From Octopus sinensis (taxonomy: Eukaryota), in assembly GCF_006345805.1 (NCBI RefSeq), contig NC_043024.1:806001-870000 (forward strand): a stretch of 64,000 nucleotides of DNA. Reading direction: 5' to 3'. Below, piece by piece: positions 13,716 through 28,454 of this stretch. A model generated the notes under the pieces. It had not been told where the DNA came from. It ran no database searches and saw nothing but the letters and a program-made list of their open reading frames with translations. A program made the position numbers and the translations under genes. Position 1 is the first letter of the stretch; every line of letters starts with the position of its first letter.

Positions 13716-14335
13716 TCTCTCTCTATATAAAGCTGAAGTTGTGTGTGTGTGGCAGGTTTGGTAGCCTTCAACTAACACTATCTCCTCCGAGACCCTGCGG
13801 CGGAAGTTGATCAAAATTGAGAGTATGATAGAAGAAGACTTGCTCTTCCTTCCGTAGAAGAAAGAATTCAAATCAGACCATGTTAACACCAAAAATTATT
13901 TACATCAAAAAGATGCTTTCTTTTTCTATGAAAATCTCTATTTTTAACGATTTTTTTGATGCTGTGTCACCATTTTTCGGTGTATTTCAACCAGAAAAAT
14001 GTTCACTTAACCCTTTCATTACCAACCCGGCTGAAACCGGCTCTGGCTCTGTAGTACAAATGTCTTGTTTTCGTAAGTTCTGAATTAAAATCTTCCACTA
14101 AACCTTAGTCACAATTTATGTTCCTAAAACTAGCTTAATGATAACTAAGTTATTTTACTAAATTCTTTGTTATATTTAAAATTAATTGAAAGAAACACGG
14201 AGCAACTCAACAGAAATACAGTAACGAAAGGGTTAAAGAGAATAACAAGCTAAATAATGCAAAATTTTTACTTTTCAAAAATTCCTATTCCAAAGGGTCG
14301 AAACAAACCCAAGCAACGCCGGGCGATACTGCTAG
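13716..14335 (+). mobile_element. Helitron copy interrupted by a piggyBac MITE
   Basis: Colinear with 5690-6083 except for the 14011-14232 insertion. Confidence 0.85.
14011..14232. mobile_element. piggyBac-type MITE nested in a Helitron
   Basis: TTAA duplicated at both ends; the empty site in sister Helitrons has a single TTAA. Confidence 0.9.
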
Positions 14336-14810
14336 TAATAATAATAAGCCTTTCTACTATAGGCACAAGGCCTGTAATTTGGAGGAGGGGGATGGTCGAT
14401 TACATCAACCCCAGTAGTCAACTGGTACTTATTTTATTGACCCCCCGAAAAGGATGAAAGGCGACCTTGGTGGAATTTGAACTCAGAAAGTAAAAAAACA
14501 GATGAAATGCTGCTAAGCATTTTACCTGGTGTGCTGACAATTCTGCCAACTGACCACCTTAACAATGACGAAAAAAAAAACCCAAATAAATGGTGTTTGT
14601 GCTTCATTGGGCAAAAGAAAAAAAAAAATTCCCCAAATATAACAAAATCTGTTTCAGCACACAATTTCACATCAAGAATCTTGCAAACACAAATACATAA
14701 ATGCATATATATATACACACATACACCATCATTTAACATCCATTTTCTATGCTGGCATATATATATATATGTATATATATATAATATATATATGTTATAT
14801 ATATATATAT

Positions 14811-14857
<47 letters not shown>

Positions 14858-14971
14858 ATATATATATATTATATATATAGTATATATGTATAGATATATA
14901 TATATATATTATATATGTATATATATTATATATATATATATATGATATATATATATATATATCTATATATG

Positions 14972-15013
<42 letters not shown>

Positions 15014-15042
15014 TATGTGTATATATATATATATAATATGTG

Positions 15043-15094
<52 letters not shown>

Positions 15095-15098
15095 ATAT

Positions 15099-15132
<34 letters not shown>

Positions 15133-15265
15133 TATATATGTATATATATATATATATATATATGTTATATATATATATATATGTATATATATGTATATAT
15201 AGATATATATGTATATAAGATATATATATATATATGATAATATGTATATATATATATATATATGT

Positions 15266-15319
<54 letters not shown>

Positions 15320-15437
15320 GATATATATATATTATATGTATATATTATATATATATGTATGTATATGTATATATATATATATATGTATATATATAATATA
15401 TATATATATGTATATTATATATATGTATATATATATA

Positions 15438-15478
<41 letters not shown>

Positions 15479-15624
15479 ATGTATATATATATATATATAT
15501 ATGATAAATATATATATATATGTATATATATATAGATTATATGTATATATATATATATGTATATATATATCTATATATATGCATATAATATATATATATT
15601 ATATATATATTACTATATATATAT

Positions 15625-15658
<34 letters not shown>

Positions 15659-15669
15659 ATATATATCTA

Positions 15670-15716
<47 letters not shown>

Positions 15717-15847
15717 GTATATATTATATATGTATATATATATATATATATATGTAATTATATATATATGTATGATGTTATATATAATATATATATATGT
15801 ATGTATATAGATATATATATATGTATGTATATATATATATATGTATG

Positions 15848-15900
<53 letters not shown>

Positions 15901-15987
15901 TATATATGTATATGTATATATATATATGTATATGTATATGTATATATATAGATATGTATATGTATATATATATATGTATGTATATGT

Positions 15988-16020
<33 letters not shown>

Positions 16021-16188
16021 GTATATGTATATGTAATATATATATATATAGTATATATATATATTATATATATATATATATATGTATATATTATGTATAT
16101 ATATGTATATAAATATGGATATATAATATATTATATATATGTATAGATATATGTATATATATATGTATATTATATATGTATATATATG

Positions 16189-16249
<61 letters not shown>

Positions 16250-16351
16250 GTATGTATATATATATATGTATGTATGGTATATATATATATATGTATGTAT
16301 GTATATATATATATATGTATGTATGTATATATATATATATATGTATGTATG

Positions 16352-16407
<56 letters not shown>

Positions 16408-16517
16408 TGTATTATATATATATATATATATATGTATATTATATATAATTATATATATATGGTATATATATATATATATCTATATATATATGTATATATA
16501 TATATATATATATGTAT

Positions 16518-16572
<55 letters not shown>

Positions 16573-16595
16573 GTATATATTATATATGTATATAT

Positions 16596-16642
<47 letters not shown>

Positions 16643-16655
16643 GTATATATATATG

Positions 16656-16726
<71 letters not shown>

Positions 16727-16735
16727 GTAGGTATG

Positions 16736-16800
<65 letters not shown>

Positions 16801-16862
16801 GTATGTGTATATGTAGGTGTATGTGTGTATGTATATATTATATATATATGTGTGTGTATGTA

Positions 16863-16934
<72 letters not shown>

Positions 16935-17111
16935 TATCTATGTGTGTAAGTTATTATATGTATGTATCCGTCTATATATAGGTAACTGCACGTACATACT
17001 AATATTTATTTTTGAGTATGAATGTATGAATAACTGCGCGTATATATATTTACTATTTACTTATTTTTGAGTATGCATGTTAGTATGAATATATATATGT
17101 ATATATGTGTA

Positions 17112-17153
<42 letters not shown>

Positions 17154-17272
17154 ATATGTACTTGTATGTATTTGTATGTAGGTGTACATGTATGTATGTG
17201 TGTGTATTTATACTTATGGGTGTATATGTATAGACTAGCTTCGAAGAGGTAGACATGAATCTGTAGGTACGC

Positions 17273-17314
<42 letters not shown>

Positions 17315-18167
17315 TATGTACATGTATGTATTTGTATGTAGGTGTACATGTATGTGTGTGTATTATATTTATTGGTGTATATATGTATAGACGCCTTCTA
17401 GAGTGTAGACATGAATCTGTAGGTACGCGTACGTATGTGTATATACGTGAATGTATGTAGATGTATGTATGTATGAATATAACGCGTGCGTGCGTGTATG
17501 CGTATGAGTGTACGAATGAGTGAGTGTACGTGCTAAAGAGTGTGCGTGAGTGAATGAGTAATTGTTTTCCAGTAGACGGATAAATGGTCTGGCTGTCATA
17601 GCCAAGATGTTTGTGACCAGCGGCCAAAGATAACAAAAGTAATAAACGAAGATAATAAAATTAAAATAGGGAATGGGTCTGTATTTGTATATGTATATAT
17701 ATATATATGTGTGTATGTGTAGGTATGCATGGGTACACATATGTATATACATGTGTATATATATATATATATGTGTATGTAATATATATGTGTATTGTAT
17801 GTGTATGTATGTATATATATGTGTATGTATGTGTATGTGTGGGTGTATATATAGTGTGTATGTGTATATATGTGTATATAGGGACTAGTGTGCTGTGTGT
17901 GCATGTGTGTGTATGGATTGTGTGTGTGTATGCGTGTATGTGAGTAGATGTGTGTGTATTGTGTATATATATTTTTCTGTGTGTATATGTATGTGTGGTC
18001 GTGTGTGTATATATTACATGTGTGTATACGTGTATGCAAGTGAGTGTGTGTATGTATACATATATATGTGTATGGGTAGATATGTATATGTATGTGTGAT
18101 TGTATATATATGTGTATGGGTAGAGGTATAAGTGAGAATCTCCTATTTACTAAAACTCTATTCCCCC

Positions 18168-18205
<38 letters not shown>

Positions 18206-18484
18206 TATATATATTTTTATTTTTATTTTTTATTTTTATTTTTATTTTATTTTTATTTTTTATATTTTTTATTTCTATTTTTATTTTTTATTTTTTATAT
18301 TTATATTTTTTATTTTTATTTTATTTTTTATTTTTTATTTTTTATTTTTCTCCTATCTAATTTAACACTGACTCCTTGACCACTCCCCCAAGTATGATTT
18401 TTGCGCTATGCCTACCCCAAAAAGTCCCCACCAACACCCCTTTAAACCTGCCTAAATGTATATATGCCAATACAATTGTTAACT

Positions 18485-18535
18485 AGCTTCCTGAAGATTT
18501 CTCTTGAATGAAACAGTTCTAGTCCTGTAGAAGCT
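18485..18535 (+). ncRNA. Type I hammerhead ribozyme (Penelope-like)
   Basis: AGCTTC-CTGAAGA-T-TTC(TCTT)GAA-T-GAAACAG(TTCTAGTC)CTGT-A-GAAGCT: 6-bp stem I, intact core, short stem II, stem III, GUA triplet; AATAAA follows. Confidence 0.75.
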
Positions 18536-18569
18536 CCTTCTATATAAGAAATAAATAATATTATATATG

Positions 18570-18600
<31 letters not shown>

Positions 18601-18661
18601 GTATATATATAATATATATATATGTATAATATATGTATATATATATGTATATATATATGTA

Positions 18662-18694
<33 letters not shown>

Positions 18695-18788
18695 CTATAA
18701 TATATATACATACATATATATATATATTATACATTAATATACATACATACATATACATACATATATATATACATACATATACATACAA

Positions 18789-18825
<37 letters not shown>

Positions 18826-18863
18826 CATACATATATATATATATACATACATATATATATATG

Positions 18864-18896
<33 letters not shown>

Positions 18897-19845
18897 GTAA
18901 TACATACATATATATATGTATATACATACATATATATAACATATATATATACATACATATATATATACATACATATATATATACATACATATATATATAT
19001 CCATACATATATTATACATACATATAATATATAACATATATATATATATCTACATATATATATATATACATACATATATATATATATAACTATATATATA
19101 TATATACATACATATCTATTATACATATATATATATACATATATATATATATAGATATACATATATATATACATATATATATACATTATATATATACATA
19201 TATATATATATACATATATATAATACATATATATATATACATATATATATACATATATATATACATATATATATTATACATACAATATACATACATATAT
19301 ACATACATATATACATACTATATTACATACATATATATATACATACATATATACATATATATATACATACATATATACATACATATATATATACATACAT
19401 ATATACATACATATATATATACATACATATATACATACATATATACATACATATATATATACATACATATATATATACATATATATATACATATATATAT
19501 ACATATATATATACATATATATATACATATATATATATACATACATATATATATACATATATATATATACATACATATATATATATACATACATATATAT
19601 ATACATACATATATACATACATATATATATACATACATATATATATACATACATATATATATACATACATATATATATACATACATATATATATACATAC
19701 ATATATATATGTATGTATATATATATATACATACATAAATATATATAACGGGAAGCTTTATGAAAATAAACAAAAGACGAAGGCAGGTGGAAAACAAACG
19801 AACAATTGTATTAGTATGGCGCTCAGGAAATATAAATAAAACAAG

Positions 19846-19883
19846 TCTTTAACGTTTCGAGCCTACGCTCTTCAACAGAAAGA
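19846..19883 (-). ncRNA. Minimal hammerhead-like motif (Penelope-type, variant core)
   Basis: TCTTT-CTGTTGA-A-GAGC(GTAG)GCTC-GAAAC-GTT-AAAGA: stem I TCTTT/AAAGA, palindromic AACGTT stem III; one core substitution. Confidence 0.6.
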
Positions 19884-19977
19884 TACACAGAGAGAGAAAA
19901 ACACAGAAAGAAGGAGAGAAAAAAAATGCGTGCAGTAGCTAACGAATCAACAATACATATATATATATATATATATA

Positions 19978-20427
19978 TTTGTTCGTCTCCCCGCGGCCAT
20001 TAGGCACTACTTCATAAGCCAGCCCCAACTCAACTCGTCCTATCGAAAGACCCTTATCCTATGTCCTGGTTTTGTTTTGTTTTTTATCTTTACCATTATT
20101 GTTTTTACGTTTTTGTATTCTTATTCGTGCTTTCCTTATTGTTGTCACGTATTCTGTATTTTTGTTCGTGTACTTCGTTCGTTTTCCGTCTTCGTGTTGT
20201 ATACATTCAAAGCTTTCTTCCAAGGGATCTAATGCGCTTGGCTTAGATTTTCCTTTGGGGGCTGCCCAGATCGGAGCAATCTCAAGATTAATCAGCCGAA
20301 ATTGCGAAGATGATCTGGTTCCTGACTGATGACTGAGGGCTTCGAATGTCCCGTCCTGTGGTTCTTGTGTTGTCTCTTTGGTGTTTCATGTTCTTGTCCA
20401 TGTCTGTATTTATTTTTTACTGTTTAC

Positions 20428-20428
<1 letters not shown>
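19978..20428 (+). mobile_element. ~450-bp interspersed element in (TA)n (possible solo LTR), copy 1
   Basis: Near-identical to the reverse complement of 23765-24211; approximate TG...CA ends. Confidence 0.7.
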
Positions 20429-20462
<34 letters not shown>

Positions 20463-21242
20463 CATATATATATACATATATAATATATATATATAATACA
20501 TATATATATATATATATATTATACAATATATCTAATATATACATATATACATATAATATATAAATATATAGACATATATATATATATAATATACTATACA
20601 TATATATATATATACATATATATATACATAATATATATATACATATTATATACATATAATATATATACATATATATATACATATATATACATACATACAT
20701 ATATAGTATACATAAATACATATATATATACATACAAATATATATACATATATATATACATATATATATATATATACAATATATATACATACATACATAT
20801 ATATATACATATATATATACATATATATATTATTATATATAATATATATACATATATATATATACATATATATATACATACATATATATATATAATACAT
20901 ATATATATATATACATATATATATACATACATATATAGATAATATATATATATATATACATACATATAATATATATATACATATATAATACAACATATAT
21001 ATATATATATACATATATATTATATATATATATATATACATACATACATATATTACATATATATATACATACATATATATATATATCTATATATACATAC
21101 ATATATATATATATATATATACATACATACATATATATATACATATAATATACATATATATATATATACATATATATATACATACATATATATAATATAT
21201 ATATATACATACATATATATATATACATAATATATACATACA

Positions 21243-21274
<32 letters not shown>

Positions 21275-21416
21275 ATATACATACATATATATATATATAT
21301 ATATACATACATATAATATATATAATATAATATACATACATATATTATATATATATATACATACATATATAATATATATACATACATATATATATATATA
21401 CATACATATATATATA

Positions 21417-21820
21417 GGCGCAGGAGTGGCTGTGTGGTAAGTAGCTTGCTAACCAACCACATGGTTCCGGGTTCAGTCCCCATGCGTGGATCTGGGCAAG
21501 TGTCGTCTACTATAGCCCCGGGCCGACCAATGCCTGTGAGTGGATTTGGTAGACGGAAACTGAAAGAAGCCTGTCGTATATATATATATATATATGTATG
21601 CGTGTTGTGTGTTTGTGTGTCTGTGTTTGTCCCCTAGCATTGCTTGACAACCGATGCGTGTGTGTTTACGTCCCCGTCAACTTAGCGGTTCGGCAAAGAG
21701 ACCGATATATAAGTACAGGGCTTACAAAGAATAAGTCCCGGGGTCGATTTGCTCGACTATAAGGCGGTGCTCCAGCATGGCCGCAGTCAAATGACTGAAA
21801 CAAGTAAAAGAGTAAAAGAG
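21417..21820 (+). mobile_element. Full-length tRNA-derived SINE (CORE-like)
   Basis: TGGCTGTGTGG A box, GGTTCAGTCCC B box, GGGCAAGTGTC core-like segment, GTAAAAGA tandem tail; many relatives in the window. Confidence 0.85.
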
Positions 21821-21843
21821 AGAGAGAGAGAGATATATACTAC

Positions 21844-21877
<34 letters not shown>

Positions 21878-21908
21878 GTATGTATATGTATATATATATA
21901 TATATATG

Positions 21909-21955
<47 letters not shown>

Positions 21956-21979
21956 ATATTATATATATATATATATGTA

Positions 21980-22043
<64 letters not shown>

Positions 22044-22921
22044 ATATATATGTATATATATATAATAATAAGAGTAAATAATTTCTATAAAGGCTTTTAA
22101 AAAAACCCCAATTATTTACTGGTAGAATTCGGTATGTAAATATAGCCGATTACCGGCAGGAACTTCTGTAAAGTTCAGTATATATTGTATATAAGAAAAG
22201 GGACAGGCAAAACAGGTGCTTGACCGCATACCGAAAAAATAGAAATAGCAGTCAAGAATGCTTATTCTATCAAAGTTGGACTCCGGGCATGACAGACCCT
22301 GTAATTCACATATGCAAAACAGAAGGAATAGATAAACAAATACGAAGTCTGGCGGTTATCTGTGAACATCATGTTTCTGGATTATAAACATATTGAATAT
22401 ATATTCCCATATATTTTTGATATATATTTCATATACATTGCATATATATTTCACATCCTTCTTCAGCACAGCTTCCATTGAAAAAGATTATCATAGATTT
22501 ATCAAATGCTACGTACCTCAAACCTTCTGACCATGCGACATCAAAATATTGAAGAAAGTGAGCAAAAGCTAAACCTACATAGACGTTTGAATTCATAAAT
22601 CTTCCCTCCGAAGTTTTGCCATGCGCATTACAAAAATAGTTCCATAAGATGGGGAACAATTAGGTTGTCATAAGGGAGTGAAAAATCCAAATAGTAATAT
22701 AATAATAAGAGTAAATAATTTCTATAAAGGCTTTTAAAAAAACCCCAATTATTTACTGGTAGAATTCGGTATGTAAATATAGCCGATTACCGGCAGGAAC
22801 TATCTATTCCTTCTGTTTTGCATATGTGAATTACAGGGTCTGTCATGCCCGGAGTCCAACTTTGATAGAAATAAGCATTCTTGACTGCTATTTTTTCGGT
22901 ATGCGGTCAAGCAACCGTATG

Positions 22922-22973
<52 letters not shown>

Positions 22974-23005
22974 TATATATATATGTATATATATATATAT
23001 GTATG

Positions 23006-23036
<31 letters not shown>

Positions 23037-23161
23037 ATATATATATGTATATATATATATGTATGTATATATATCTATAGAATATGTTGTATATATATAT
23101 ATATATATATGTATGTGATAGTATATATATATATATATGTATGTATATATATATGTATATA

Positions 23162-23194
<33 letters not shown>

Positions 23195-23281
23195 ATATAT
23201 TATAGTATATATATATCTATATGTATATATATATGTATATATATATGTATATATATATGTATGTATAATATATATATGTAT

Positions 23282-23313
<32 letters not shown>

Positions 23314-23359
23314 TATATGTATATATATATGTATATATATGTATATATATATATGTATG

Positions 23360-23390
<31 letters not shown>

Positions 23391-23448
23391 GTATATTATA
23401 TATGTATGTAATAATATATGTATATATATATATATGTATATATATATG

Positions 23449-23480
<32 letters not shown>

Positions 23481-23565
23481 TATAATATGTATATATATAT
23501 ATGTATGTTATATATATATATATATAATGTATTATATATATATATATATATGTATGCTATATATG

Positions 23566-23604
<39 letters not shown>

Positions 23605-23764
23605 TATATATGTATATATGTATATATATAATATATGGTATATATGTATATATATAGTATATATATATAGTATGTATATATATATATGTATATATATATA
23701 TATGATATATATATATATGTATATATATATGATAATATATATATATGTAATATATATATATATA

Positions 23765-24210
23765 TGTAAACAGTAAAAAATAAATACAGACATGGACAAG
23801 AACATGAAACACCAAAGAGACAACACAAGAACCACAGGACGGGACATTCGAAGCCCTCAGTCATCAGTCAAGAACCAGATCATCTTCGCAATTTCGGCTG
23901 ATTAATCTTGAGATTGCTCCGATCTGGGCAGCCCCCAAAGGAAAATCTAAGCCAAGCGCATTAGATCCCTTGAAGAAAGCTTCGAATGTATACAACACGA
24001 GGACGGAAAACGAACGAAGTACACGAACAAAAATACAGAATACGTGACAACAATAAGGAAAGCACGAATAAGAATACAAAACGTAAAAACAATAATGGTA
24101 AAGATAAAAACAAACAAAACCAGGACGTAGGACAAGGGTCTTTCGACAGGACGAGTTGAGTTGGGGCTGGCTTATGAAGTAGTGCCTAATGGCCGCGGGG
24201 AGACGAACAA

Positions 24211-24211
<1 letters not shown>
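23765..24211 (-). mobile_element. ~450-bp interspersed element in (TA)n, copy 2 (inverted)
   Basis: Reverse complement of 19978-20428 with few differences. Confidence 0.7.
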
Positions 24212-24243
<32 letters not shown>

Positions 24244-24307
24244 ATTATATGTATGTATATATATATACATACATACATATATATATGTATGTATATATAT
24301 ATGTATG

Positions 24308-24347
<40 letters not shown>

Positions 24348-24582
24348 TGTATGTATATATATATATGTATATATATATATGTATGTATAATAATAATTAT
24401 GTATATATATACGTATATAATATGTATGTATTATGTATGTATATATATATGTCTGTATATATGTATGTATATATATATGTATGTATATATGTATGTATAT
24501 ATATATGTATGGTATATATATATGTATGTATATATATATGTATATATATATAACATATATATATACATATATATATACATAC

Positions 24583-24613
<31 letters not shown>

Positions 24614-27600
24614 CATATATACATATATATACATACGTATATACATATATATATATACACATATAATATATACATATATATTACATATATATATACAATA
24701 TATATACATATATATACATATATATATACATATATATACATACATATATATATACATACATACATAATATATATACATACATATATATATACATACATAC
24801 ATACATATATATATTATATATATATAGAGAGAGAGAGGGGGGGAGAAAGAAGCAAGTCAGTCAACAATGAAGAACACATAAATTTTGTTGATCAATTCTT
24901 TTTCCTTTCAAGTATTCTATACAGACCGAATGTATACTAAATGCTAACTATATCCATTGATCACCATTTCCTGGATCTTACTGAACTGATCCACACACAC
25001 ACACACAAAGAAACACACTTAATACTGAAACTATACAGCAATATTTATTTTATCTGTTTTCTGTTTGTTGTCCATCCCCAGTATGTAGGGACCCTAATAC
25101 TAACTATTTTATGCGGCCAACAAACAATTATTCAGACCTCATTCATCCTTGTTATTCCATTTCTGTTCCTTGTCATTGAAGATTTATTTTACTAATCTGT
25201 TTAGAATCCCTAATCATTTCAGTTAGACATAAAATAAAATAATTACTATTACTAGGGTCATTATTATAATTATAATTATTCTGTTTGACTCGTGGCAAAT
25301 GATAAAAATAAACATTGCTGTTATTGTCTTTGCCATGAGCAAACATTTGTAATGGAGTTCCCGAAGGAATTAAAAGTTTATCACGATTTATTTCATTTAA
25401 AAATTTTATTTTTTTAATTAGTTTGCCAAGAGAAAGCTTTGGAATGTTCAGGTGTCCTTGGAGTGGAAAAAACGTAAGATTTGTCTATGGACATTTAGGC
25501 ATTTTTATGCTTTCACAAAATGGCCCCTTCTGACAGTGAAGTGTTAATAGGAGCTGACCACTGTGGTAATTTAAACAAACATGTCCCCTCGCTAAAACAA
25601 AATTAAACACACAAAATTCAGATGCTTACTCATACATGCATCACAGTACAGCTCACAAAGGAAAACAGTCTAACCAAATATAGAAAATTGAGATTATAAA
25701 TAAATGCCCAGCACAGAACGATTCAAATGAAAACATCATTGACAACATTAATAGCAGCAGTTTCAGTCATTGCCAGCCAACAGGAACCCCTTAATGCAGG
25801 TCACCTCCCAGAGCGTAAAAGTGGTATTTTGCAAGGGTGCAAAGGACAGTGGCTTCTTATCTTTGAAATATATCAGGGGACTGGAAATTAAGAGAATGGT
25901 GTACCTCGATCCTGCCAGAAATGGAAAGGGCTTCCATTTGCCCACAAAACAATAGTTGAATACAGCCTTAGAGGGGGTGCAATTTCCACTGATCAGGGTA
26001 GGGGTGCACGGAGGTAGGTACCCAGTCTTCAAGACTAGGCATGAGACAGGCAACAGGATGCGATGGTGTGTGAAATACACATGGCCACATGTTGGTGCCA
26101 CAACATGTAGGACAGCTGAACACAAGGATCAAAAGGAAGGACATTGGCAGTAAACATTGACCTTTGATTTATAATTTTTTCAGTACAGAACCGGCAAATT
26201 GGGAATGATGAAAAGCAGCATTTAGAAAACTGCATGAAATGCTGATCTTGACGACTCCCTGCTCCCAAAAGCTACAGAGCCAGTCTGCAGCTGTACCTCA
26301 TCATAGGTGAAGAAAGAAAACTGAACGAAAAGAAAGACTGGTGGTGTTGGGTAAGAAGCCCAGTCATTTAACAAATGGCAGTCAGAGCCATTAGAGAACT
26401 GTCGAGGAACCAGAAAAGCAAATAAAGAAAGCAATGGACAGCAGCAAGCCTCGGAAGCTACGGTTTCCTAATCATTACCAATTGCAGCTCCAAGGATGGC
26501 AAGGGTAATCACTTCATCCTCAATGCCAGGGGTTGTCGATGCCTGAGTCTCCCCACTCCCAGCATCTTGTGATGATGAGGAGCAAATGGAAGCTAGAGAG
26601 ATGTGGCAAGTGAACAGCAAAGAGAGGACAGTGGCAAAGAAGAAAAATGGAAGTGGGGCCATCTCTCCTTTCTCAAGACACAGAGGGATTTACAAGTGGT
26701 CGTATTAAAGTGGGGGATCCCTAGGAGAAGCAGGTGGATGAAGTTGTAGCTGTGAAGGAATTAGAATCTGAATGCAAGAAACTCGAGTACAAACAGGTTG
26801 GAGTCATGAAGTGATCTGATCCAGTCTTAATGTCTGCCCTTATTGGGTTTTCTCGTCCCTGTTTTAATCGTATTTATTTACAAGGGTTCAACTGCTTTCA
26901 CACACATATATACATACATACACACACACACATATATATAGTTGCATATTTACCGTTTTATTAGTAATTACATTCTTTACGTCTTTCTATATCAAACATC
27001 ACCATTGCTCCCTTTTCGTTCGTAATTAACGTAGTTACTCGTATTTAAGTCGCACCCCTAATTTAGGGTTAAATCTTAATACAAAGTGTTCTCCCTTCGT
27101 TGATTCAGTTTTACCTCGCAAGTCGCACCCAAGTTTTTCTTTTTTCCAGTTTAAAAATCACGTATAAAAAATGTTATTTACACACGAGTAAACATGGTGA
27201 TATATCCCCGTGCATGCTCTCACACAACCAATAATCCGTTTTATAACACGTTTTGTATAAAATAAATGGCTCCAAGTTGCAAATAAATCATGAGAACAAT
27301 TTCTAAGATAGGCATGGGACCAAACATTTTGGGGGTCAGTGGAATAGTCGATAACATCGACAATACTTAATTGGCACTTTACTTTACCAACCCCGGAAGG
27401 ATAAAAAGACAAAGTTGACCTCAGCGGGATTCGAACTCGGAACGTAAAATCACGTTAATAAAAACACGATGGACTATTATCAATATTTTAGTATTATTAC
27501 AATAAGATTTTCATACAATAAAATTACATTATCATTTCTACTATTTCACAACTATATTCGTTGTAATTGCTATATAACTAAAATAACAAATCACTATTTC

Positions 27601-28295
27601 TATAATACTAACATTATTGTATTACTACTCGATATATTTTACTAATACTAGAATACTACTACATATTATTGTTATTATACTACTACTATGTATTATCATT
27701 ATCGATGCCTTACTATACTACCATATAGTATTTCTATTGTTGAATTACTCTGTATTATTCTTCTTGTTATCGCATTACCACTGCTACTACTATAAACTAA
27801 TCGTTATTATTGTTTACTATGATTTTTAATATGATTCTAACTCGCATCCTACTACAACTATTAACACAAAACACACCCCACACTTTGTTACTCAGTCAAT
27901 GTATCGCATTGTGCTTGAGTAATGTTAGAACACCTTACACTTTGTAGCCTATAAAAAAGTGACCATCACCACGATTATCACAATTTTTATGGTTCTATTT
28001 ATTAGAAATATCATCAATATTTCCAAATATGACTAACTATTGCTGTTAATTATCACTATTCCTATTTTTATTGTCGTTATTTCAAATCTTACTCATTTCT
28101 GCTGTTAATTATTTTGACGATTATTATCTTCTATCGTCGAATGCTGCTATTTCAAATAGTCCTGTCGTTATTATGATTCATTATTGTCGTCGTTATTATT
28201 GTTTTTTTATACCAAATGTCGCTAATTACTGCCGATCATTAGCGTTAATTAGGATTTTTCTTGTTATTTCATCCCAGCTTCAGCTGTGGGACAAA

Positions 28296-28454
28296 ATGGC
28301 GGCCCTCAGGTTTCGCCTTGACCTTTTCACTGAGACAAAAACACCGTCTACTTTGGGCTTTATTGTTTCCATTATTGCCTGCACAATCTACCTGGCACAC
28401 CATAAGAACCGGATGCACAAGACAGAGTGGGAAACGAAAACGGCAAACGACTGA
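28296..28454 (+). CDS. Candidate 52-aa single-pass microprotein (unassigned)
   Basis: Strong acceptor at 28277, start context AAAATGGCG, hydrophobic LGFIVSIIACTIYLA, AATAAA at 28599; no homolog recognised. Confidence 0.3.
   Translation: MAALRFRLDLFTETKTPSTLGFIVSIIACTIYLAHHKNRMHKTEWETKTAND

Larger units (their letters stand above)
14757..24830. repeat. ~10-kb compound (TA)n/(TATG)n/(CATA)n microsatellite field with embedded elements
   Basis: Low-complexity sequence; source of the Y/I/M/C-rich spurious ORFs. Confidence 0.97.

Noticed and set aside
21417-21490. tRNA gene
   Set aside because: A/B boxes continue into a repeated SINE body with no complete cloverleaf; the same holds for the other SINE heads.
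14915-24802. Dozens of Y/I/M/C/V-rich ORFs
   Set aside because: Translations of the (TA)n-type microsatellite.
25760-26720. GC-richer block with several short ORFs
   Set aside because: Stops in all frames and no recognisable motif; probably a decayed retroelement, unassignable.
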